A stretch of DNA of 14,292 nucleotides from Opitutales bacterium (GTDB lineage: Bacteria; Verrucomicrobiota; Verrucomicrobiia; Opitutales; JABSRG01), in the NCBI GenBank assembly GCA_049599475.1, contig JBMYOQ010000095.1:1-14292 (forward strand), given 5' to 3'. Below are positions 7,514 to 14,292 of the stretch, one piece after another (within the stretch, counting starts at the first letter, position 1; each line of letters begins with the position of its first letter). The notes beneath the pieces are model-generated. The model saw nothing but the letters and a program-made list of their open reading frames with translations. It made no database searches and was not told the origin of the DNA. The position numbers and the translations under genes were made by a program.

Positions 7514-8878
7514 TCATGAATCGAAGCCGAGGGTATCGAGAGTCTTCGGGTTGATCACCACGCTATCAGGGAGTTCCTCGCTAAGCGTTTGTTTGAACCA
7601 ATCGCGCGCCTCGGGGTCGCCGTGCGTCAAGATCACTCGTTTCGGAGAGACTGCCTTGGCATACTCCGCTAGCTCGTGGCGCTCGGCGTGGCCACTTAGA
7701 TCGTAGCGTCGAATTTCGGTGTAAAACTGTGCCTTGTAATCGAGGACTTCAAACAAGTATTCGTCGCCCGTTTCCATGGTCATGATTTTGCCTCCAGGCG
7801 TATCTGGATCGCAATACCCAATGAACTGTATCAGGTTTTTCGGGTCATGGAAGAGCCCCGAAGCCATGCGATAAGAAGGGGTGTGTTCCACCAACATACC
7901 ACTGCTCAAGAGCATCAATGTAGGCGAACTCGGTTGCTTGCCTCGGCACCAATTCCAATCGGGTGGGCGGACTTTGAGTTGCTTCACCGTCTTGCGGGAA
8001 AAATCTAGGCCGCCGATACGTTTGGCTATTTGGTCAAAATAGTCGACGAGGTCCATCCCAAGGCCAGAGCAGTAGATCGGTATATCCTTTAGCCACGGCT
8101 CGTCGCGACGCGCAGCAACTTGGGTGAGCATTTCTTGCATCCGTCCCAATGCAAAAACAGGGACCAGCACATTTCCTCCACGAGCGAAGGTTGCTTTCAT
8201 GTCCGCAAACAGCTCGTCCCACTCCTCAGATCGGTCGGCGGATGCTTTGGGTTCGGTCGCTCCGCGGGTGGTCTCCATTACAAGGGTGTCCACATCGTCT
8301 ATCGGAAACTGTGCTCCAGGGAGCGTTAGATTGTCACGGAAAAGACAGTCTCCGGTTATGAAGATGGACTCGCCACAACCTTCAATTCGAATCCCTGCTG
8401 CGCCAGCAACGTGTCCAGCCGGGTAGAAGACGATCGAAATTTCAGGTCCATGGTGATCCATACGAAATGCGCGTTCGTAGGCCAGACCGAGAATGCGATC
8501 ATCGAGGGCTTCGATCTCTTTAAAAGTATAAAATGGGTAGTCTGTATTGCCGCTCTCTTCACGTTTGCGATTCATGACGTTCACCGAGTTGCGTAGCATC
8601 CGTGGTGCAAGCAGTGCGCTGGCGCGCGTCATCAACACATGGGCGTCTGGAAAGTAGCGGGCAGCTACGGGAATAGACCCGACGTGGTCCAGGTGGCAGT
8701 GAGTCAGAATAATGCAATCCACGTGGCGGTCTCGAATCTTATCGAGCCGCGGTAGAGAGGCTTTCCCCTCCAGTTTCGGATGGATTCCAGAATCGATGAG
8801 CAGGGTATATGGGCCTAATTCGAGTAGCGTCGCACTCGAACCGATGCCGCCCTGTTCATTCAAATCTGTGAATTGCAT
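7514..8878 (-). CDS. Metallo-beta-lactamase fold, beta-CASP family ribonuclease (CPSF73/YSH1-like)
   Basis: LIDSG, LTHCHLDHVG, AGHVAGA, TGD, VPVFALGRMQE, SSGML, FIGY..PDTPG, LSGHA and LTHGD. Confidence 0.92.
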   Translation of the reverse strand: MQFTDLNEQGGIGSSATLLELGPYTLLIDSGIHPKLEGKASLPRLDKIRDRHVDCIILTHCHLDHVGSIPVAARYFPDAHVLMTRASALLAPRMLRNSVNVMNRKREESGNTDYPFYTFKEIEALDDRILGLAYERAFRMDHHGPEISIVFYPAGHVAGAAGIRIEGCGESIFITGDCLFRDNLTLPGAQFPIDDVDTLVMETTRGATEPKASADRSEEWDELFADMKATFARGGNVLVPVFALGRMQEMLTQVAARRDEPWLKDIPIYCSGLGMDLVDYFDQIAKRIGGLDFSRKTVKQLKVRPPDWNWCRGKQPSSPTLMLLSSGMLVEHTPSYRMASGLFHDPKNLIQFIGYCDPDTPGGKIMTMETGDEYLFEVLDYKAQFYTEIRRYDLSGHAERHELAEYAKAVSPKRVILTHGDPEARDWFKQTLSEELPDSVVINPKTLDTLGFDS

Positions 8879-8945
8879 AAGGAGTCTAGCAAAGCCTCCT
8901 TGCGCGTTTAGTCAAGGGCTGTCCCTGGCGCGGCGGGTATCAGAT

Positions 8946-10970
8946 CTAGCTTTTCTCTTTGCCGTAGTAGATCTCGAATAGGCGTTGGCTGAGCGCATTG
9001 GCCCGTTTTTCCGACCACAATCGAGCCAGTCGATAGGCGGCGACAATCCGTATGACTAGCCAGAACCGCTTGTTTTGTTTGCCCGGTTTCCATTTGTCGG
9101 CGGCTACCGTGCCTTCAAGCCCGAGATAGGTGAAGTGCCCTTGGTTCATGAGGCGTAAGCTCAATTCGACGTCCTCCATGAGGGCTTGTTTGGGCATAGA
9201 CTCGACGGGGAACCGGCCTTGATTGAAAAAGTGTATCTGGTCGCCGAATCCGGTGCCGCCGAGCGTAGCGCGCATTTCGTTTAACACCTCGATAAAATTG
9301 AGAAAGGTGGTCTGGCGATCAAAGCGTTGTCCAAGAACGCCACCCACAGTTTCCGGATTTTCGAGGAAGAGCTCGGAGATGCGCGTTGAGGCGCTTTGGG
9401 GCAGAGTGGTGTCTGCGTGGAGGATGATGACCGTCTCATATTGCGCTGCCTGCACGCCTGCTGCGATTTGAAATCCTCTGCCGCGTTCGCTATCCACGAT
9501 ATGCGCACCTTCGGCTTGTGCGAGGTCGCGTGTGCCGTCGGTCGAATCGGCGTCGGCAATGATTATTTCATCTATAGGCTGTGAGCTATTGCGAATGGAT
9601 TCCAGGGCGTTCGGGAGTGAGTGTGCGGCATTGAGAGTCGGAATCACGACGCTCGTGCCTGGCCGTAGGTTCTTTGAGTCTGAAACAAGAGACTTCCGTT
9701 TGAACCAGAACCGCGCTTCGTAGATTCCCCAGAAGATAAGATGTCCCCAGATGCTTAGACTCTCGGCCGTGCTTAGGTCCCAGACGCCGGTCTCGTTGGC
9801 GCGTTTCCATACTAAAAAATAGCCGGCCTGGGCCACACTGAAGGTAAGCCAAGACATACTTGGACGGATGGCCATGATGGGTAGCAGCCACGAAAGATAC
9901 CAGAAATGGAGGGTCGGGCTGATGATTAGGAGCGCGCCGCAAAGCCAGAGCCAATTGAGTTCCCAGTCCGCGCTGCGCTCTCGCAGAAATCGCCAAAAAA
10001 GAACCAGGGCAAGGACCGCATACACGACTCGATTTGCGATCTCACGGCTGTCAAAATGTTCGCGTAGCGTGTCATGCAGGAGACTATTGAAGCTGCGATC
10101 CGAACCAAAGGCGATGATGCCCTCGATGAGATTCGGTAGATCTTGCCAAAAAGGTAAGGTAAGCACGCCACCCGCAAGGGCTCCAGCGAGGATCGCTTTC
10201 CATCCACCACGTGCTAGGAGGAAGGGAATGCCGAGTACTGCAATGATTTTGATTTGGACCGCGCAGGCGAGGGCTATGCCTGCTGCGATGACTCGCTTTC
10301 TGTGCAACAATACCGCAGTCGCGACTAAGGCAAATACCATGAGTACGTCGAAGTGCCCCTCGGCTGCAAACGAGATAAGGACCACGGGATTGAAGGCGTA
10401 AAAACCAACCCAGCGCTTTGGAGCTCCATGCTTTTTTTGGAGCATCATGATGAGCGCGACGACCCCGAGATCCACTAGCACGAAGGCTAGTTTGAAAAAC
10501 CATGGCTCTGCACAAATTGTGCTCAGGGCCGCGAATATCAGCATCGCCAGAGGAGGATAGGCCGTCTGCTTATCCTTGTTGTTCATCTTATCCCAATGCT
10601 CGTCGCGATAGTCCTGAAAGACAGGAGAATCGGCGGTAGCTTGGTAGGGAGACACCCCGGTAGCTTGGCGTTCGCCCTCCCAGACATAGCGATAAATGTC
10701 GTCGGATGGCGCTGTGGGTATCAGGCACATGCGCAGCAGCAGCGAAAGCCCCAGTATGAGAATGATCTCTTGCCCCGACTTCAGTTTGTTGGGCCACAGG
10801 AAAACCAAGGCAAACATGCAGACCCCAAGGAGTGCGAATAGCACCACCCGGGCTTCCGGGGAGGCATTGAAGGTCGGCGTCACCCACGCATAGGCCGCGC
10901 TGAGGGCGATTGCCACGAGAGCGCAGGCAATCCATATCCAAGAGCGAGGTTGTGACTGGAGAGAAATCAT
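8946..10970 (-). CDS. Fusion: membrane GT-C-like (GT87/DUF2029-like) glycosyltransferase plus C-terminal GT2 glycosyltransferase (TIGR04283-like)
   Basis: The N-terminal ~420 aa is polytopic, with SDDIYRYVWEG, SPY, TAYPP, YAFNP, EGHFD and PTLHFWYLSW. The C-terminal ~235 aa has SVVIPTLN, ADADSTDGT, RGRGFQI..G, LHADT, FGDQ and MEDVEL. Confidence 0.85.
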   Translation of the reverse strand: MISLQSQPRSWIWIACALVAIALSAAYAWVTPTFNASPEARVVLFALLGVCMFALVFLWPNKLKSGQEIILILGLSLLLRMCLIPTAPSDDIYRYVWEGERQATGVSPYQATADSPVFQDYRDEHWDKMNNKDKQTAYPPLAMLIFAALSTICAEPWFFKLAFVLVDLGVVALIMMLQKKHGAPKRWVGFYAFNPVVLISFAAEGHFDVLMVFALVATAVLLHRKRVIAAGIALACAVQIKIIAVLGIPFLLARGGWKAILAGALAGGVLTLPFWQDLPNLIEGIIAFGSDRSFNSLLHDTLREHFDSREIANRVVYAVLALVLFWRFLRERSADWELNWLWLCGALLIISPTLHFWYLSWLLPIMAIRPSMSWLTFSVAQAGYFLVWKRANETGVWDLSTAESLSIWGHLIFWGIYEARFWFKRKSLVSDSKNLRPGTSVVIPTLNAAHSLPNALESIRNSSQPIDEIIIADADSTDGTRDLAQAEGAHIVDSERGRGFQIAAGVQAAQYETVIILHADTTLPQSASTRISELFLENPETVGGVLGQRFDRQTTFLNFIEVLNEMRATLGGTGFGDQIHFFNQGRFPVESMPKQALMEDVELSLRLMNQGHFTYLGLEGTVAADKWKPGKQNKRFWLVIRIVAAYRLARLWSEKRANALSQRLFEIYYGKEKS

Positions 10971-10988
10971 TGAGATATTGAAGGGCTA

Positions 10989-11005
10989 AGCACAGACTTC
11001 GCCAG
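10989..11005 (-). promoter_or_regulatory. Candidate sigma54 (-24/-12) promoter for the glycosyltransferase fusion
   Basis: The minus strand reads CTGGCGAAGTCTGTGCT (GG-N10-GC) in the 53-bp gap after rsmD. The -12 C is 20 nt before the ATG. Confidence 0.45.
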
Positions 11006-11023
11006 GGCGCACACCTGATAAGC

Positions 11024-11593
11024 TCAGGCGATATACGGTCCGCTGACTGCTTGCAGAATCAATGCTGTTGGGCTTTGGCCTTTGCCCTTTCCGAGTCGCT
11101 TCACAGGTGTCCATTTCGGGTGTGAGAGTGTGGCCTCGGCAGGTAATTCCCAAATTGCTAATCCCGATTCGGCCCACGCCGCAGTTTTCTCTAAGACATC
11201 TGGCGCAATATTGGACAATATGGGATAGGGGGGATCGATGAAAATGAGATCAAAGGCATCCTCCGGGATTTTTAGACTCAGGACATCTTGGGCTAGCACT
11301 TGAGTGTCGGGTCGCTCATCCATCGCTTTCAGAACTGCGCCGATGTTTTTACGGATAATTTCCGCCGTGCCTCGATGTTTCTCGACAAACGTCACTTCAG
11401 CGGCGCCTCGACTCAGGGCTTCGAGCCCATATGCGCCCGTTCCAGCGAAGAGATCGAGACAGCGTGCACCGACTAAGGCTTCACCGAGACTCGAAAATAC
11501 GCGCTCGCGCATTTGATCAGTAGCCGGCCGCGTAGCCGAGCCTTTCGGGGTCTGGATCGGAATGCTCCGCGCTTTGCCTCCGGTAATACGCAT
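11024..11593 (-). CDS. rsmD: 16S rRNA (guanine966-N2)-methyltransferase RsmD
   Basis: MRITGG, TRPATDQMRERVF, LDLFAGTGAYGLEALSRGA, FVE and IFIDPPY. Confidence 0.93.
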   Translation of the reverse strand: MRITGGKARSIPIQTPKGSATRPATDQMRERVFSSLGEALVGARCLDLFAGTGAYGLEALSRGAAEVTFVEKHRGTAEIIRKNIGAVLKAMDERPDTQVLAQDVLSLKIPEDAFDLIFIDPPYPILSNIAPDVLEKTAAWAESGLAIWELPAEATLSHPKWTPVKRLGKGKGQSPTALILQAVSGPYIA

Positions 11594-11626
11594 TTTAGTT
11601 GGCTCTCAATGTTGGTTCTGTTCCAC

Positions 11627-11714
11627 GGTAGCGCTCGCTCTCCGAGCGGGCGGAATGGAGCGAACGTGGAGGACGATATGACAGCTCTCCACCACTCGGC
11701 GAGCGGCGGCTACC
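11627..11714. repeat. GTAG-tagged REP doublet (REPIN-like)
   Basis: GGTAG followed by hairpin CGCTCGCTC-TCC-GAGCGGGCG at 11627-11652. An inverted copy at 11692-11714 has reverse complement GGTAGCCGCCGCTCGCCGAGTGG (18 of 23 identical). Confidence 0.8.
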
Positions 11715-11761
11715 TTTTGAGCCTGCAACTGAATGGTTTAACGCGAAATCTATGTTTGGAC

Positions 11762-12952
11762 TTAAACCCATGGATAAAAGGAAAAGCTTTGGCCCGCCTC
11801 AAAAGTATCTTGATCGGCCGGAAGTTCGATAAAACCATCGGTGCCCATGATGGAGGCAAAGTCTCCCGAGTTTTGAGTGGGGACGGGGATGGCTTCGCCT
11901 TCTTTATTGAGCCGCACCGGTAGAAAGAGCGCTAACGGCTTTTTGAAAATAAACGGTTCTGCCAAGGTCACGTGCGCGGGGGTGGTCGAGGTTTTCCCGA
12001 GAGTCTTATCCAGGGCTGGAAGCACATACCGGTGGAAGCAGCACAGAGTCGACATAGGATTGCCGGGGAGGGCGAAGATGGGGACGCCCGATGGGGTCGT
12101 GTAAAAGGCCATCGGCTTGCCCGGGCGCTGTTTTACCCATTGAAACTGTTGCTCTGCGCCGAGTTTCTCAAGAGCCGTTGGGATGAAATCGTGGGTGCCT
12201 TTGGAGATTCCGCCGGAGAGAATTATCCAGCTTCCGGAATCAAAAAGCTGCTCGAGTGCGACCTTGATCGGTGTGAGCTCGTCGGCTAAATGTAGCGTTT
12301 CTGCCTCGATGCCCAGGCGCTTGCAGGCTGCCTGCATTGCCGTTGTGTTGGATCGGCGAATTTGGTGGGGCAGGGGTGTCTGGTCAATGTCCACCAGTTC
12401 GTCGCCCGTAGATATCAGTGTGATCTTGGGAGCTTGGGCAACCTGAACTTGTGCAGCTCCAACGCTAGCGAGGACTCCGACCTCCTTCGCGCCAATGACT
12501 GTTCCCCCTTGAATGAGCTCAGATTCCTGGGCAAAGTCGGACCCCTTGCGATGCACAAATTGGAAGGCCTCGGCTGCCACATTTTCTGAAATGGTCGCAG
12601 ACACTTCGTTTATTTCGTCCACTTCTTCGATCGGGATTACCTGGTCCGCACCGGTGGGTAAAACCGCTCCCGTATTGACGCGGATACAGGCATTTTCGCT
12701 GGGAAGTGTCACGGCCGGAGATCCCGCAGTTGCGAGACCGGTCAGTTCAAATGTTCGACTCCCTGCTTGAATGGCCGTCGATTTTACAGCGATTCCATCC
12801 ATCATCACACGATCAAATGCAGGAAACGGCCGGTCTGCGGTAATCGTCTCTAGAAGGATGCGTCCAGGAGCCGAATCCAATGAAACCGTCTCGTGTGTCG
12901 GGGCTGGCAAAGTGGATAGAAGGATGTCTAGCGCTTCAGTCGGCGTCATCAT
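11762..12952 (-). CDS. moeA: Molybdopterin molybdotransferase MoeA
   Basis: GRIL.E, P.FDRVMMDGIAV, TGAVLPTGADQVIPIE, ISTGDELV, QIRRSN, SGGISKG..DF, QRPGKP, ALPGNP and SGDFAS. Confidence 0.96.
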   Translation of the reverse strand: MMTPTEALDILLSTLPAPTHETVSLDSAPGRILLETITADRPFPAFDRVMMDGIAVKSTAIQAGSRTFELTGLATAGSPAVTLPSENACIRVNTGAVLPTGADQVIPIEEVDEINEVSATISENVAAEAFQFVHRKGSDFAQESELIQGGTVIGAKEVGVLASVGAAQVQVAQAPKITLISTGDELVDIDQTPLPHQIRRSNTTAMQAACKRLGIEAETLHLADELTPIKVALEQLFDSGSWIILSGGISKGTHDFIPTALEKLGAEQQFQWVKQRPGKPMAFYTTPSGVPIFALPGNPMSTLCCFHRYVLPALDKTLGKTSTTPAHVTLAEPFIFKKPLALFLPVRLNKEGEAIPVPTQNSGDFASIMGTDGFIELPADQDTFEAGQSFSFYPWV

Positions 12953-13069
12953 GGCAAAGATTCTGGAATCTCTCGAAGGGGCAATGGTTAAAGTTACTAA
13001 GTGTGTACATGAAAAGAATTCGTCGAACAGCGTTTGCCTATTTTTCCCATTTGTGGTGTTTAGGAGGCT

Positions 13070-14095
13070 GTGACCGACAGTGCTCAGGCCCCTTTAGACG
13101 CATTGAAGCGCCCGATTCACGATCTTCGAATTTCACTGATTGATCGTTGCAATCTGCGCTGCACCTACTGCATGCCTGCCGAGATTTTTGGACCAGATTT
13201 CGCCTTTCTACCGCGGAAGGAGCTGCTTTCATTCGACGAAATTTTGCTCTTGGTCAAGGCCTTTGCGCGTGCCGGAGTTTCTAAGATCCGTCTTACTGGA
13301 GGAGAGCCTCTCCTCAGGCCAAAGCTCCCCGAGCTTATCGAGAAAATGCGACAAATCTCGAGTATTGAAGACATTGCCCTTACGACGAATGCAATGCTAC
13401 TGAAGAAGCATGTAGCCTCTTTGAGGGACGCAGGACTTTCGCGAGTAAATGTGAGCCTAGATGCCTTAGACGAAGGCGTATTCAAAGAGATGAGTGGCGG
13501 TCGCGGCGCAGTGGATAGAGTGCTTGAAGGCATTCAATCTGCCGTAGATGCGGGCGTGCCTGCAAAGGTCAACATGGTCGTGGAACGGGGTGTCAATGAA
13601 ACAGAGATTCTCCCGATGGCTGCATATTTTAAGGAACGGGGCATCACCTTGCGTTTCATCGAATTTATGGACGTCGGGTCCACCAATGATTGGAACCGAG
13701 ACAAAGTCTTCAGCTCGAAAGAGATCCTCGATACGCTACAAAGCCGATGGCATCTGGAGGCTGTCTCGCCATCTTACCGAGGCGAAGTTGCAAAACGCTG
13801 GGCCTACTCGGACGGCTCCGGAGAGATCGGCATCATCTCCTCGATCAGCGATCCATTCTGCGGGGATTGCTCACGCGCCCGTATTTCGGCCGACGGAAAA
13901 CTTTACACCTGCCTCTTCGCTAGTTTGGGTTATGACTTTAAAAACTGGATACGCAGCGGGGAATCCGAAGATCAAATTTTCTCAAGAGTCTGCAAGATTT
14001 GGGGTGCGCGCGCAGATCGCTACTCCGAGTTAAGAGCTACCGGCCGCACAAACGAATCTGAGCCGAAAGTCGAGATGTCATATATTGGCGGGTGA
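13070..14095 (+). CDS. moaA: GTP 3',8-cyclase MoaA (radical SAM)
   Basis: LRISLIDRCNLRCTYCMP (CX3CX2C), KIRLTGGEPLLR, VNVSLD, RFIEFMDVG, FCGDCSRAR...YTCLF and C-terminal MSYIGG. Confidence 0.97.
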   Translation: MTDSAQAPLDALKRPIHDLRISLIDRCNLRCTYCMPAEIFGPDFAFLPRKELLSFDEILLLVKAFARAGVSKIRLTGGEPLLRPKLPELIEKMRQISSIEDIALTTNAMLLKKHVASLRDAGLSRVNVSLDALDEGVFKEMSGGRGAVDRVLEGIQSAVDAGVPAKVNMVVERGVNETEILPMAAYFKERGITLRFIEFMDVGSTNDWNRDKVFSSKEILDTLQSRWHLEAVSPSYRGEVAKRWAYSDGSGEIGIISSISDPFCGDCSRARISADGKLYTCLFASLGYDFKNWIRSGESEDQIFSRVCKIWGARADRYSELRATGRTNESEPKVEMSYIGG

Positions 14096-14257
14096 GTGCT
14101 TTTACGCATCCAAGTAAAGCGTCATAAAATGGAGCAAAGGCTATTCAAGACAGACCTCGTTTAGCCTGCATAAGCCCTACTCAAACAACCAGTGTTTCGG
14201 CGAAGGTTTCGAATACTTCGGCTTGTCGTGACGGTTTGCCCTTGTAGGATACACCCC

Positions 14258-14292
14258 ATGAGACAACCGCTTTTTGAGCCCTTGCGAGAATG
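14258..14292 (+). CDS. Possible start of a downstream gene running off the window (MRQPLFEPLRE...)
   Basis: ATG at 14258 is open to the window end and is preceded by TTGTCG-N16-TAGGAT (14223-14250) ending 7 nt upstream. It is too short to identify. Confidence 0.3.
   Translation, partial: MRQPLFEPLRE

Noticed and set aside
9868..10515. Longer alternative ORFs (177 aa on +, 143 aa on -) inside the GT fusion
   Set aside because: They are shadow frames of a well-supported gene, with biased composition and no recognisable motifs.
11513..11923. 136-aa + strand ORF spanning the rsmD-moeA gap
   Set aside because: It is antisense to two real genes and reads through the REP doublet, with no protein-like motifs.
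12953..13069. Moco riboswitch upstream of moaA
   Set aside because: The gap is short and shared with a divergent gene, and I could not identify the expected multi-stem structure.
13548..14033. 161-aa alternative-frame ORF within moaA
   Set aside because: It fully overlaps a conserved gene and has no family features. The same applies to the other short nested ORFs in the track.
14098..14120. Hairpin after moaA as an intrinsic terminator
   Set aside because: The stem is short, AT-rich and bulged, with no U-tract.

Overview
This is a gene-dense bacterial chromosomal window. The protein families and intergenic repeat style suggest a PVC-group organism such as Verrucomicrobia, but that is inference only. 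The + strand block (to 6685) holds a 5'-truncated ABC ATPase, a large ABC-2-type permease, a stand-alone CTP-synthase-like glutamine amidotransferase domain, a fructosamine kinase, an M3 oligoendopeptidase and a YcaQ-type DNA crosslink glycosylase. The - strand block holds an ApaG-domain protein, a beta-CASP metallo-beta-lactamase nuclease, a GT-C/GT2 glycosyltransferase fusion, rsmD and moeA, with moaA divergent from moeA. I saw no CRISPR array, tRNA, rRNA, transposase or phage gene. The most notable items are the orphan two-domain glycosyltransferase fusion, a 10-bp-periodic CACGAAT palindromic element, a GTAG-type REP doublet, two sigma54-like promoters with matching geometry (one bracketed by DnaA-box-like 9-mers) and a possible damage-repair gene run. 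All family calls come from motif recognition, not database searches.
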